A DNA stretch of 36,797 nucleotides, from the NCBI GenBank assembly GCA_910592345.1, contig CAJVPI010000284.1:1-36797 (forward strand), written 5' to 3'. Below are positions 13,095 through 27,775 of this stretch, piece by piece; position 1 is the stretch's first letter, and each line of letters opens with the position of its first letter. The notes under the pieces are model-generated. The model saw nothing but the letters and a program-made list of their open reading frames with translations, was not told the DNA's origin and made no database searches. The stretch is from Paraglomus brasilianum. Its lineage: Eukaryota. A program made the position numbers and the translations under genes.

Positions 13095-14174
13095 TCAACT
13101 CCCACTGGAAGTGATATTAATGTTATTTGAAGTGAGAGCAGTGACATAAGGTATACTGGCAGTGCTACTGGGAGCGATACGGCTGCTACTGGAAGGGACA
13201 TTAGCGGTATTGGCAGTGGTGTTGGAACTGATACTATTATGACTAGCAGGGATATTGGGAGTGGCACCATTGTTGTTGGGAGTGACATCAATGTTACTGG
13301 AACTGCCATCGATATCACCAAACAATACTACACGCAAGTATTCAGCCAACTGCAACTTGTCTGGTGGTTTAAACTTTTCCAATATGTATCTCTCTAATCC
13401 GAAAAAGTTTAACTGGTCCTGAATCAAACTTGTCCATCTTAGGTACATTCTTTCACTATAAAGACTTGCAAAAAGTTCGTCGGTGCTGTTTCGATTAGAA
13501 GCAAAACCACCAGTAGTGGAGTTATGACGACTACTTGCAGCAGACGTGCTCTTACTCGATGCGGGAATACTGGAAGCACCAGCAATCTCAGCTCGTAGCT
13601 TTCCGGAAAAGTCTTCGAATGCGACAGCCTCAAACTCCTGATCGGTCTGTACAGTCGACACCATAAGAGAATCTATCCCACGATCCATTTGACCTCGATA
13701 AAACTGCACCCAACCCAGATCTTCTAAATACTGTTCGACGTCATCAGCTACTTCTCGAAGAGCATCCCAGTCATGTGGATAATAGTAGTTAACAGCTAGC
13801 ATGTTGTGAAGGAACAGACCAAATCTCTCGACAATATGCAAAACACGCTCTTGTCGACGGAGAGCCCGGCGCGGGCCCGGAGATTCAGAAGAAAGCCCAG
13901 TTGGCTCTGGCGGTGCGTTGACAATGATTAGACGTTTTGCATATTCAGTATCTAATGGAAATCGCCATTCGTTAGCTGTGCGAAGATGATGTTCGGATGG
14001 GAGGTCTTGGCTGTATAGCGAAAACCAGAGTTGCGCCGTTATTGTGTGGGGGCCTGATATCAAGCGAAAGAAAGCACATGTAGACCAAAACGCACGGAGA
14101 TCTTTTGAATTATCTATATTATACACTATCAAATACAGTATTTCTATAGGTAGAGTAATCAGTGAAGCCGCCAT
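13095..14174 (-). CDS. F-box protein, ~359 aa, single exon, with an Asn/Ser/Thr-rich tail
   Basis: The ATG at 14174 begins MAASLITLPIEILYLIVYNIDNSKDLRAFWSTCAFFRLI, matching the F-box consensus (L..LP.EIL..I...L...DL.....TC..FR). The ORF is uninterrupted. Confidence 0.75.
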   Translation of the reverse strand: MAASLITLPIEILYLIVYNIDNSKDLRAFWSTCAFFRLISGPHTITAQLWFSLYSQDLPSEHHLRTANEWRFPLDTEYAKRLIIVNAPPEPTGLSSESPGPRRALRRQERVLHIVERFGLFLHNMLAVNYYYPHDWDALREVADDVEQYLEDLGWVQFYRGQMDRGIDSLMVSTVQTDQEFEAVAFEDFSGKLRAEIAGASSIPASSKSTSAASSRHNSTTGGFASNRNSTDELFASLYSERMYLRWTSLIQDQLNFFGLERYILEKFKPPDKLQLAEYLRVVLFGDIDGSSSNIDVTPNNNGATPNIPASHNSISSNTTANTANVPSSSSRIAPSSTASIPYVTALTSNNINITSSGS

Positions 14175-17100
14175 GTTTTTTATTCGCGGCGACAGCACCC
14201 GCACGGTAATATATTAGTTGTCTCACGGTTTGACAAAAGGGTGAAAAGTAACAAACAAAATTTTTTGAGAAAGGGAATAAAGGAGAGGGAGCGAGTTGGG
14301 GTCTTTTGTAAGGCTTTTTTCAGCCGATGTTTAAACAAGGTTTGAATAAAGGCGAGTATTTCGGTTATTTAGCATTCATGTAGAGCGGGTGGTGCATGAC
14401 CTGTGTACCTATTGCATCACAGATAATATGTCGATCCCACAAACAAAGATGTGGGATGACTAAATTGACCAAATTATACGCACCATGTGGACATTTCGTT
14501 TATCTGGGAAGGAGGGAAAATGTAAGTCTTATTTTCCAGCAAACAACAAGTATTGTCTAATGCGTGGGAATAAACAAAAAGTTGCCATGTACGCGCCAAG
14601 ACAACTAGCGCGCGTATTTTTGGAGATGTTGGAACAAATCCTGTTTAGAATACAATACTGTATATGTCATCAGAAATAAGGCATAGAATAACGTGATGTT
14701 ACTAATTTCCGTATTATGACAGCTTTTAGAGGGTCCATATTGAATGACGTAAGTGTATTGGCTTGATCTAACTCAGGGTGTTATTTAACATAGGGTGTCA
14801 AGTGGTCCGTGCTGCAACAAATGAATTTCAGATTGGGCTGTCTTGTTCTATTTTTATTGACAGCGGGTGCTAACTATTACGGACTATTTGTATTACTACT
14901 ACTTGCCAGTGCTGTCATTGAGTCGAACCGTAAATGCAATCGTTATTAGAGAGAGTGACTTGTTTGTGCGTTACCCTTGGAGCCTCTATTGCACGTATTG
15001 AGCAATCGAGAACGATGATGACTCACCGGCAGCATAACAGTGGTAATGCGAGTAATAACATTCTGGCAGATAAAAAATTCGATAGAGCGAGATGATATGA
15101 ATAGTAAAAATTTGGAGTTAATACGTCGAATAATTAGTAAATTGTCAATATCCTTATTTATATTTATGTTATTGTATAATTTAATGATTATCGATAAATA
15201 CTTACAAGACATATCGACTCGAGTTAGACTCAGCGCTGGTAAGCATTTAAGTAACAAGTTGAAATAAAAAGAATGTGGAGCATACCGGGATATACTGTTA
15301 TAAGATCTACGACTTAGGTAATATATTGTTTATATTACGCGTATTCTAAGAAGAAATAATAAGCACGTATGTCGATTTTTTTGACAACGAATCTGTAAAT
15401 AGCAGAGTCTTGGAATGGGATACTAAGTATTTATTATGTAACTTGGCATTATTATTAAACCCACAGAGAGTCAACAAGCTGGATAAAAAAATGTTTGTTT
15501 GTCTGATAAATATTCAACATCTTGATGGCAAAAGTGTTTAGCAATTGAACGTAAGAGGCACGTTTAGCAATTGGATATATACAAAAAGCTAGACAAGGTA
15601 CAGTAGATAAAGAAAAAGAATAGAGATTATGCATGTCATGAATTTGTTGGCGGATATTACTTATTAAAAGCAATAAAAATTTATATGTTAACCATTTGCA
15701 ATTAAATCGATATGAATTGTCATTCTAAAGCTTGGTATTATAAGTAACACTTATTGTAAAACTGAAGAATTCAAGTTTAACAATTATTATAAAAGTAGAG
15801 TTAGGTGACGTATAGAACCAGTATCTTATCAGTGATAATCGCGTAACTCTTTAATCTTGGAGCATTATTGCGTCCTGATGTCAGTTTCTTACCTCTCCCT
15901 TCAAATTATAGACAAACACATTTTGGATAACGTATTTCTCCAATAATATGCGTAAACAGCCTCCCTTTCTTTTTCCTAAATGGAAAACAAATTCAGAAGC
16001 GTTTTAAATGCTTACGTGGTAATCTTTCATGACTCTCGTCAGTTATACACCATAAATTACTTAATTATAGCGATAGTACACATTAGTCAAAAATTAATTT
16101 CAGCCAATTTTCATACGAATTTCTTGCCATTTGTGAACCTTGAAAGATCGGTTTGTGAAAACTGGTGGATTGAAATTGTTTAATAATGAAGTCAACGTGG
16201 TTGTTTTTTTCTTATCGCATTTTCCCGAAACCGAAAAGCCAGTTAAAGCCAAGCTCATTTATTTGGAGATATTAATAATTAATCGACTCACTATGAGGTA
16301 TGACAAATCTGTAGTTCTTTGTTAATAAGATCTCTTTCACGGAAAGTCCCGTTTTTAATCGGGCCGATTGTCCATGTGACCCGCAGTATACCAGCATTTT
16401 CACAGTCTTCAAATAATGTAATAGGTGGGTTCGAATAAGTAGGCATAGATTAAATCCTTATATGTTGTTAAATACATATGAGAATAATTACAAAGTGCCT
16501 AGATGGTTAATATATCACACACGGTTAAAATATCACACATGGCAAAAAAAAAAAGCCGTCACACGTCTTTATACATTGCTGTATCGCTTGAAAAACAACA
16601 AGTCGAGCTCACAATTGCTACGGACATACATTATTCTACGAGCTGATTTGTAAATATAGGAATTCCGAGAAAAATCACGTTCATTTCGACGTGCGATTCT
16701 TAATAAAGAATTTCAGCGTACAACTTTATTGCCAAGCCAGTATTAATTCTCATGTTGGTAATACAACTAACTCAAATCACAAGTACAATACATGAAAGCA
16801 AATGAAAGTTTCATAGCGAGTCGTCATTAACGTATTAAACGTATTAACCGTAAGTTACATATGACGTCGAAAAAAGCTGGTTTGTATAGGTATAAAATTT
16901 CCTCTTTTCGTTAGTTTCCATAACGATAATACCAGGTATTTTATAAATGAGACTTTAAATTCTCTCCAACCCATCAAATTGTTAAAAGAAAACTCTATTC
17001 TTAACTTGTCGAGTTACCAGTTACAGCATGACGTTATCTATACGCGGACACTTTCTTGGGCGCGTATTATTGAGAGATTATATCGAATATACCAAGAGCA

Positions 17101-20100
17101 ACAATATTCATATTTATAATCGCAATCATGATGCCCAAATGTTAAGAACAGAAAGTTTGTTGTTCGATTTCCTATAATTGGCAATACGACTCAAACATAT
17201 TTCGTATATCAACACAATCTACCTTTAACTGTATTCTGTTCAAGGATCTTGCTAATTCTCGAACGCCGCTTGTCAGTGGAATTGGCGATGGTATTAAATG
17301 CTCAAAATGCTGACTAAATTATTAAACAAGTGGAACAAGACGTGAGCACAATGCTAAAGCTGTTTCGATGGAATGCTTGATAATCTTCATTCAGACATGT
17401 AACATAATACGTATCAGTTGCACGTAGTCGTCATTCCCATTAAACCAAAGATTGTAACTCGACGACTGTCATACAAATTATTGTGTTTCACATGTAACCC
17501 GGAGACTAAGTTTTAATTATCCCGTCCCCGTTAATCTTGCAATTATTTACAAAATTCAGCATTTTGTGGCTTGATGTCATTCCTACATTAGGCTGGCAAG
17601 TGGCTTAAATGGTAACGTATTCAGAGTATTCCCCACCCCATAATAATAAGGCAGCGTATTTTACAATGGAATCCCCAAGGTTAGTATGAATGAAAGTCGA
17701 TAATTTAACAAACAAAATATCATCGTTCTGCTATTGGATACGGCATATAATTTACAAGAGCATTATTTCCTTTATAACATAATTTTCTTGTCTCTTCTGA
17801 ACACGACAGCTATTGCGCAAAATCGTGTATTCGTTTAATATGTGTTGTAATTGCGAAATTTGTAATTCCAACGGTTGTTATCACGAACGTTAGAACTTTG
17901 GTTACAGCCAATCTCTCTCTTTGCTATGTAGCGGGTTTGAACAATACTAAGTATTACACCACTATGTACAATGATAGAATTTTCCAACACTATTTTTGTG
18001 GCCTTGGACACTTTGAACGGACAAACAAGCTTTGAACTTAGATTCGGTAATTGCAGAGGAAAAGTTATTAGTGGTGTGTGTTTATAATAGAATGCATAAA
18101 AAGAGTTGTACGAACACATATGCCCAATTTTGGGCAGACGTTACATGGGTCTTGTGCTTAGTGGTAGAAACGAATGTTCCGTGAAACGAAAGTTGGAGAT
18201 ATATCATTTAATTAACAGAAAGTTTTACATTTAATGTTTCAGGTAACAATATTTGTTACAAATATACGGACGTATGTAAACCAATTATTTAAATTTATGG
18301 TTTCTGTCATATTGTTATGCGATACATCAGTTCATTTGGCTGTAATAATAGCTAGACCAAAGCAGGAGCGAGCAAAGAGGAGGGCGATTCTTTATCTCGA
18401 GGTTTAACAACAATGATAGGAATAATAAAAGACTACAGTCAATTCGACACTGCTGATTGGTCGATTAGCATAGACATCGATTGTATTGTGAATGCGGAAT
18501 GGTACTAGCACCGAATCACTCGTGCAATCAAACATAGTCAAACTTTACGAGTTACTAATAATAACTGATCGACCAATACACATAGGATTAGAAACCCCTT
18601 GTAAGCGACAATATACTCAGTTTTACCCCAACCAACTATATTAGTGGTCCCCATTCATTTTTGTAGGCTGAACGTCGTGTTTAGCATTTGAGCTCCCCTC
18701 CCCCTTTCCCATAACCTTAATTGTGACTGGTGGGAAAAAAATGAAAAAGAAAAGGGAACAATTGGCAAAAATTGGGTATTTACGAAAAATTTATCGAAAT
18801 TCAAGAATGGAACACTTTTTAACTTGGCTGTTACGCCATAATTCTCAGGTTGAGCAATTTAGGGTGTTATGGTAGACACAGGACTTCCGTAATTGAATTG
18901 CAGTCGAACAATACACAAACTTTAATATGACGCTAAATCTTGTTTAACGACTACGCTGCTACAAGAACATAATCTTGGCGCATTGAAAACGAACTGTTTG
19001 CACGTACAAGGCGTGCGACAGTGCGTTCTTTAGTATAGCCGTGGCGGTCATTTGATAGTGTTACAATAGTAGGATGGAGAATTATAGGATGGGGGATCTT
19101 TGCCATCCATAATAATACTTACACAGACGGTTATCGGCTTCTAGGCTTCTAGATTTGTTATCACATGACATGCCTTTTGTCACCAGATAACAATGTTTAC
19201 ACATGTTTTATTAATATATATATTAATAATGAACCAGCTCCTATGCTATATTAATATACATAGTCGGGGAGATTTATTTGCGGTCCGATGGGCGCTAGAG
19301 GAATGCATCCGTTTTAGGAAAGGTTTGTCGGTACAATTCCAACCAATGGCAAATTTAGTATCCATTTTTGTCAATAGCATCCTTGGGCTTATCGTGATAT
19401 ATCGATATTTTAGACAGATAAAGATAATCATCTTAATAATAGCCTCAATCTAATAATCCCAGGTTGACTTCTTGCATTCTGTCGTGTAACCTGAAACCCA
19501 TGAGAAAAAAAAAAAAAAAAAACTCAATCGCGCATTACTTGCTCGTCGGGAGGGGGATGTTTGATGTTTCATCCACTCTTCCAGTAGTAACTGGTCGGGA
19601 AACGTTTTCCTGACAATGACTTGCCCGTTTAGGATGATCGTGGCTAAATTTGAACCGTAATTAGACATTGATTAATTAAATACAATTCAGTCTACGGTGA
19701 AACCAGCCAAAATTGACACAGCCTAATGGATCTGCAGTTGTCGCCGGTATGATATTTTGGGCATATAAAGCAATTTATTACTTATATTATTTAATTAAGC
19801 GCAGAACAGTCAATTGGTCATCTGACAAAACGGAAAGCTCATGCTCGGATTATGCCACGCTGCTTACACATTGATATTAAAACGCTACCTGCATGTTAGT
19901 TATCTTGTATCGTATAGCGTGTTTTTCATTATTGTTACCGAACTATCGAATTATCGAAACACGATCGATGGCAATGCTTTTGAATACAGGATTCATAAAC
20001 ATGGTATTTTTGCAATTTTTTATTGGCCCCCTCAGGTTTCAACTTTATAAGCCTGGTATATTGCGCCAGCAAAATAAACTTGTTTAGAAACCTGTTTCTC

Positions 20101-21474
20101 AATCCGAGTCGAGTATCACCGATTGCAGATTTTCAGCATGTTTTTGTGCGATTCATTGGAAAGCGTAGATGTGAGCCGCTTAATTTGTAGAGGGCGTTTT
20201 TTATTTTTGGCTTGCGTTTGTAAATGAGCATTGGAGTGAGACAATTCGCAGGCTCTGCGTACATTCAGTCACATTTAGACTGAATTCAAGTAATTAAAAG
20301 GCAAATTTGTTTTTGTGGGCCTAGTTTACTTAAAGTACTATGAATATTCAAAATATTAAAATTTTTTTCTGACGGGTTTATTTGTTGATCGACATGTTGC
20401 ATTACCATACATGGAAGTCGTCTAACTTTAACTATTCTTGAGTGGATAATAATAAGCAAAGATCGAGAACAATTAGACATTGGACGATAATGCTAGCTAG
20501 CGAGATATGAAAATGGCTTGTAGATAAAATAGGAATGTATTCTACGCGCATTCTCTTTATCATGGCCCGTCCCAAGATGCTTTGTATGCTGGGTAGCGTG
20601 ATACACGATACACCCCCCCTACCAAAAGGTTCTCTGGAATATACTAGTAAAAACATATGAAAATCAATGGTGTAGGTAAATAAATAAATATATATGTATG
20701 TTTTCGTATACTAGTATAATATATGTGTAACCGACTTATTTACTACCACTTCATCGAACTGCAGGACTAAGCCACAGCAAGTAATAACATGACCAGAGAC
20801 ATAAGCCACCCACCTAAGCAATCCCTGCTTGGCAGAATTTGCTAGAGTTACTATTTTAAACATTGTTCGTATTGACGTTTGATTATCATGCCTATATATC
20901 GTATCAATGACCATGTTAGTATAGAGACACTGTTTCCTAATGTTTCTCAGAGATCCAATCGACACACTATTTGTTACCCCACATATTTCTATTGGGTTCG
21001 ATCTGAGTACTATTTTTAGAAACAACTTCACACAATCTTTTCAATTCTATAAATATACATACAAATACATTTCATATAAATATAAATACAAATATATATA
21101 AATATATCAAGACCCTAAATATAACAAACAATCCAATAAGATATCGGTTTATTCAACATTTTGTTGGTGCTATACTTCCGTCCCCTCTCCAACTTAATAC
21201 TCAGGAGCAAATCCCTAAATAATACCTTCGAGCGTACTTGCCTACATTCTCACTTACCTTTTTTACATATACCTTACACTCTTAATTTGACATTTACTTT
21301 GTCCTTTTTACAAATTCGCTACCTGCATCAGTCGTATTCGCAACAAAAACTCTATTTCGTGCTCAATCTTGGACTCTACCTGGTCTTTGCTGTTGATGGG
21401 AGAATATCCACTTCCATACCTACATTCTCTTAATTCACCTACACAACAGCCGGAAGTTCGAATACTGTGGAAAC

Positions 21475-24400
21475 ATGGCTGCTCCTACAGAGCATAACCC
21501 AGATGAGACTACGCTAAATAGAAAAGAGGCGACTCCTGCTTGTGCAAAGTGTGGATTATTAATAATCGGACACTTTGTTAGGGCATTAGGAGGGACTTAT
21601 CATCTAGAGTGTTTTAAATGTCAGGTAAAATAAAGTTTTGAACTAATGAGAATGTGGAATGCGGAAAGTGATTGCGTTGTAGAGAAGATATACTATAGCG
21701 AGGAAAAGGACTAGAAAGAGAGGTGGAATTGAAAGAAAGATTAAAGTGCAAGTGTTTTAGCGTTTAGAGTGTTTGTGACTGCAAGTACTGGAGAAATAAG
21801 AGGAGAAATTGGGGAAAAAAAAAGCAAATTCGAGCATAAATACAAAAAGTATCGACAGGATTATGAGAATATTAACGCATGTATGTCTTAATAGAATGCT
21901 TCTGCTGTGGGTGAGAGAAGAGAGTAAAATGTGGAATTTTAGTTAAGTAGAGAAAAAAAAAAGAGCGAGAAAGAGAGACAAGATTAATCGGAAATTAGAC
22001 TACGCGCAATGAACCTATTTTACCGATATATAACACACAATTATCTTGTTCGATTCTGTATATTCATATATCTTTTCTATTTCTCTCTCTCTCTTTTTAG
22101 GATTGCGGTGAAATAGTAGCATCTAAATTTTTTCCTATGGACAGTCACGATGGCAAACAATTGCCGTTATGCGAAAGAGACTATTTCCGTCGACTAAACC
22201 TTATCTGCGCTCAATGTGGAGAGGCATTACGGAGTTCTTACATAACTGCGCTTGATAGGAAATATCACATCGAACATTTTACTTGCTCCGTGTGTCCAAC
22301 TGTGTTTGGTCCACAGGATAGTTATTATGAACACGAAGGGAAGGTTTATTGTCATTACCATTATTCAACACAATTTGCGGTCAAGTGTACTGGGTGTCAG
22401 ACGGCTATTTTGAAGCAGTTTGTGGAGATTAATAGAAATTTAGTTGATGAACATTGGCATCCCGAATGTTATATGATACACAAGGTAGGTGTCATAATAA
22501 CGAAAGAAAAATTGTAGGTGTGGGTGTGTGTATGGACACGTGTGGGTGTGGGTGCATGGACGTGTGTGTGTGACTGGTGGGTGTGTGATTTGATGAATTG
22601 TTTGAGTTCGTAAATTATAATGGAATTATTGAGACTGATAGAATATTGCTAATATCACTCAATACCCATCAAGTATCACCTTGTTAATAGGATTCGTATT
22701 AACTTGATATTTACATTGTATCAAAATTACTCAGTTTTGGAATGTAAAGCTTGCATCACCCCCTGTATCTAAACCTTACGAGCTATCAAAAGGTATTAAT
22801 CTTGATTACTGTCTCAATCAATGCATTTGTTGCATCACTATATATAATGAAATATACTCTTGCTTTTCAAGATCAAGCAGACACAGCATACGCAGAAAAG
22901 CTTAAACAAGAACAAAAATCCACGGAAGAGAAAGTATATCATATCTGGACAGTATTGTCAGCATTTGAAGAATCTTCAGCTGCCTGTATTTCAGATATGT
23001 TACTACGTGTTTCAAATGGCTCGTATATAGAAGGAGTAAAAATAGCCGAAAAATTTATAATGCATGTGGAAATACTGTTTAAAGCAATTGATAAATTGGA
23101 AGTAGAATTATTCAAAGCAATGGGACAAGGTAAGTTACAAAGATGGGTTAATCGGAGAATCGTAACAGAGTATGTTTTTGCAGACATGTTTTGTAACATG
23201 GACAAGTTTTATACAAAACTTTTATCTATTGAGAAACTCTTTTATTCTAATCACCTATCCGTTCAATTATAGGGCTTCAGCATAACCGAGAGGCCAAAAT
23301 GTTGTGCAAGAAAATCGTAAACTTTTTTTCATTGCTCTCACATACCCAAGAGACTGGAGTACGGCGATTAGGCATAACGCAGGAATTACTATCACTAGTA
23401 ACCGGTCTAGCACATTATTTGAAGTTATTAATACGCATTGCATTAACCGGTGCATTGAAACTGGTAGGCGTCTGTTTGAATTTTAAGACAGAAATTTTGA
23501 TTACAAGACAGATAAATAGTCGAACAAATGGATATAAATAATATTTTCTCGAAATACTTATTTATTCTTTTCACTACCAAAAAAAAAGGAACGTGACTTT
23601 ATGTCAACGACTTCAATTTCATTCTTCCTAGCAACCCTCGCGGAAATTTCAACAAAGGCACACACCATTCCTATAATCGATACGTCCCCGACCTCAGACC
23701 TATGCAACGCATGTCGGGTTACTGTCGAGGAGGAATGCTACAAATATGAACAATTCAGATACCATATTGCTTGCTTTAGATGTGGTCGGTGTAAAGCCGA
23801 CTTGGCTCGAGCTGAGAATAAGCTTTCAATTAAGAATCAATATGGAGATAAGAAGGGAGATGATGGGAGGGAATTGAACGATGCATACTTTGATTTGATG
23901 GCGGAAATGGCGTTATGTCCTAGTTGCAAAACTGAAAGAGCTGCGAGAGGGTTCAAGAAAGTCACAAAGCTGGAACAGTATACATATTTATTAAGAGTGG
24001 CACTTTCGAGATTATATACTTCGTTAAATAGACGAGGTTGGTATACAAAATGGGTGGGTGGGGGGAGTAAGCATATAAATGATTTTATGCTTGCGCTTGT
24101 CTGCAAAAATTGAAGACAGCATGTCTTGCTCAATTCCGAAATATTTCTAACCGAAACTTTCAATCCCACCGCAGATGAGCACTCCCTTTCAGACTATGAT
24201 GGAGAACCACGCGGTCGCAGATCCGAAAAAGAATCTGTATCGTCACTCGGTCGAAAAGACTCTCGCTCCAAATCCTACTCGAGCGGCGACAGACACGACC
24301 AATCTATCAATCTGAGAAGATTAAAGTCCGTCCAGCTTGATCGCAAACTATCCACTTCTGCACGTCGTGCTAAACGATCGACGATAATCGAACAGGAATC

Positions 24401-26277
24401 TAATTCGTCAGACTCCACGCTTGTCAATGCACGGAGTAAAAATCTCGCAAGAGCACCGTCACAAAGGCGAGTGCAGATCATCGAAGATATGGATGAATTT
24501 CAGGCGAAAGATTCACTGGTACAGTTTGATAACAGAAACGAAGCTATAACATTAGATGACATATCCGCAATAGCTATCGCTGTTGATGAAGAGAAAAAGA
24601 ACAAGAGGCTTATGCCAAGAACAAAGTGCTATTTGTCAGAATTATCGGCTTTGGAGTATGTTATCGTCAAACATGTTGCAGTTGTGGTTATGGAACAGTA
24701 TTTGAAAGACTACTTTACCTTGGAAGAACTATTGGATTTGATTGGCGTAAGGAGGACCAATTTCTGGACCAAATTTGTAACAACAATCAAGAGTTCGGAA
24801 AAGAAGAATATAAAAAAGAAAGGTAAAAAGAAGCTAATTTTATTTAAAGGGGGGGGGAGGGCGGTAAGTCTTACTTTGAATAAGATAATATGGTTCTTTC
24901 AAGTGCATGACTTTATAAAAGTCATTATTTCTTCTCCACTTTTGTTTATCTAAACTTACCCTCCTCCATTCATTCATAGGCACTTTTGGCGTACCACTAG
25001 ACATGCTAGTTGAGCGTAATGGCGTCGATTCGGTTCTGGGCGCTGGACCCGGATGCATTAGAATACCCAGCTTTGTTGATGATGGTATATCAGCAATGAG
25101 AAGAATGGGTATGTTGAGAAAGCCTTCTGGGGGATACTGTCTGACAATTTTTGCATTTTTGACTCTTTAACTTATCGTTTATTCCCCATTTGGCGTGATA
25201 GACATGTCTGTCGAAGGCATATTTCGTAAAAACGGAAATATTCGACGACTCAAAGATCTCAGTGATGCAATTGACAAGAATCCGTCTTCAGTCAATCTGG
25301 CCGAGGACAATCCGGTTCAAGTTGCTGCATTATTGAAGAAATTTTTAAGAGATTTACCGGATCCATTGTTGACGTTCAAGTTGCAAAGGTTGTTTATTAC
25401 TTCACAAAGTGAGTAGAAAAACTCGTATGAAACTATGAGGGATTGGGAAACCACTTTTTTCATACTTATCTAACTTGCCCGTTTTTTCCCCAACTTTAGG
25501 ACTAGCAGATAGCCAAGCTAGGAAAAAAATTCTACACCTAACATGCTGCCTCCTCCCAAAAGTAAACCGTGACACAATGGAAGTACTCTTTAGCTTTTTC
25601 AAATGGGTTGCATCTTTCTCACATGTTGATGAAGAAACAGGATCAAAGATGGATTTACATAACTTGGCTACGGTGATAACGCCGAACGTTTTGTATTCAA
25701 AATCAAAAGATCCATCAAAGGATGATTCGTTTTTGGCTATTGAGGCAGTGCATTCATTGTTAAAGTACCAAGACGACTTTTGCTTGGTAAGTAAGGTTTG
25801 GGGGAATTGGGGGAAAGGAGTAGGTGGGATAAAGCATGTTAAAGCATGTTGGATACGGAAATAGATTTGATATATCTAACGGTTATGAATTATCCGACTC
25901 TTTCTGATTTCCATAAATAGGTTCCCGAAGATTTGGCAGCTATTTTAAATGATCAGGAGTTATTCAACAATCCGGAAGGTCTTACGACCAAAGACATTTT
26001 AAAAAAATGCGAAAATTTCGTTCGTATGAATTCGCAACCGGCAGATAGTGTACCGCGAATGACATCGCAACAATATCGATCACAGATGCATAACCCGTCA
26101 CCAAGAATTGCCCAGCACCATACCGCACAGAATGAAGAAGACTTGGAAGACTATGCTGTTATTACACATCCTTCAGAGATGCAAGCTACGGAATTCGAAA
26201 CAAGAGATTCATCTAATGGTTCGATTTATTCCTTAGTCAACGAGAGCTCCATTCCGGTAGAGCAAAGGGCTTCGTGA
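21475..26277 (+). CDS. LRG1: LIM-domain Rho GTPase-activating protein (LRG1 / S. pombe rga1 type), ~1038 aa
   Basis: Eleven GT-AG exons splice in frame (3117 nt): 21475-21624, 22101-22484, 22735-22792, 22872-23129, 23273-23463, 23589-24036, 24175-24822, 24980-25108, 25202-25408, 25500-25786, 25921-26277. N-terminal LIM fingers (CAKC..HLEC.KC.DC; CAQC..HIEHFTC), a later LIM (CNAC..HIACFRC), and a RhoGAP domain with FGVPL, EGIFRKNGN (Arg finger), AALLKKFLRDLPDPLLT and KMDLHNLATVITPN. Confidence 0.92.
22515..22587. repeat. Degenerate (GT/GGGT) microsatellite in LRG1 intron 2
   Basis: Runs of the type GTGTGGGTGTGTGT. Confidence 0.7.
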
Positions 26278-26974
26278 AATTGTAGTTTGAATAGGAAAGG
26301 AGAGAGGGGTAATAATGTTTCGATTCGCTGGACCGTAAGGCTAATTCATATTTAGTGTGGTAATTTGTGGAATTTAATTTTCAAAGTTAAAGGAATGGAG
26401 ATGATTTTATATTTTTCTACCATTCAATCCAATTTTCATTTATTTTATTTTTCTTTCTTTTCATAATTGCTCATATTGTCATTCTCTTATCTTGAAATTA
26501 TCTTAATCATTGTTTATCTACAATCATTTTCCCTCCTCTCTTCTTTGGTGATCATTGTATCCATTCTATCCATATTTATCTCCACTTTATATTTTTCTCT
26601 TTCTTTTCTTCCCGATGTGCTGGAACACAAAGTGGATTAGACGGGGTATGCATTTTTGGTGCGGGATGGATATTTTATGATGTTTAAATCTGTATTTATT
26701 TGTTTCATTACACTCATTATTTTAGAGCTTACTTATTTAGGAACTTTGTATTTTTTCTTTCTTTCTTTTTTCGAGTCCGATAATATCATATGACTGATGG
26801 ACGACGGTCTATCGTCAGTAAATACGCATTTTCACGTTTATGATTTTAATGATACAAAAGTTATGTAGTAAAAGGAATGTCCATTTAAACACTACAGTCA
26901 TGGATAATAAGAATTATCCAAATTTGTAAAAAGCTTAATGCGTCATATAAATTGAAATTTTTTTAAACAAAAAT

Positions 26975-27775
26975 CTGTGTCAACATTTCAAATGTCTCGT
27001 CGAATCAATTGCGCATCATTTTCGAAATTTAACGTTCGCGACACTATCGAACTATTCATTACTGAACGGCGATTTATTCAGTTCCACCAAAATATCGACA
27101 ATCTGACGGATAAATTGTTACCTACTTTTTGGCAAAAATGGTCATCAATAATGGTAATGTTTCAACCTTTCCCAAAATTGCTATTCCCTTGCCTTGATAA
27201 TCTTATAGGGAAAATAAAATTCGCATGTCCATCAATACCAATTATAGATAACAAGACACATCGGAGTTTACCATGTGACAGCAAGCAGATCTTTCAGCGA
27301 TATTAATATCCATAACCAGAACAAAAAATTTTTAATTTGTAAAGTGAAAAATATCAATTGTGACAAGGATTTATTATTAGCATGCATGACCATATTGGGA
27401 AGAAAAAACAATATTATGCATAAGGGGCTAATTATAGCAACCAATAAACTTGGCAACTGCGTCGTTGAACTGTTGCAATGCAAATGAATTATTAAATGTT
27501 CTGTCATGTCAAATTGTCCAAATCATGCATATTTACCCACATGTCTGTTGTAATTGTTATCTTTTTACGAAAAAAGCTCAGATTGATGACAAATAATGTC
27601 AAAGCACTGCACCAGGACAGTATCTACTGCTGTCATGTCGGACACGTGCACCTTGCGCAGCAACAATTTATGCATTGATTATCCAGGTTGCTTAACGGAA
27701 AAGAAGGTGGTACCAGTTGCCGGCAAGTTTTATGATCCAACAACGGGAAAGGCTTTAATGAACGCTGTACAGTAA
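26975..27775 (-). pseudogene. Possible decayed coding sequence of unknown family
   Basis: One minus-strand frame reads as protein-like text with scattered stops (DLLAVTW*TPMCLVIYNWY*WTCEFYFPYKIIKARE*QFWERLKHYHY**PFLPKSR*QFIRQIVDILVELNK). No family recognised. Confidence 0.3.

Noticed and set aside
14430..14460. Hairpin ATCCCACA/TGTGGGAT as a Helitron 3' end
   Set aside because: No properly spaced CTRR terminus and no other Helitron evidence.
18147..18215. tRNA-like start (GCTTAGTGGTAGA resembles an A box)
   Set aside because: No T-loop/B box and no cloverleaf pairing follow.
22515..22587. TG1-3-like telomeric tract
   Set aside because: Short, degenerate and inside an intron; an ordinary GT microsatellite.
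27530..27570. Minus-strand ITITTDMW resembling the first catalytic motif of hAT transposases
   Set aside because: The downstream hAT motifs are absent; a single short match is insufficient.
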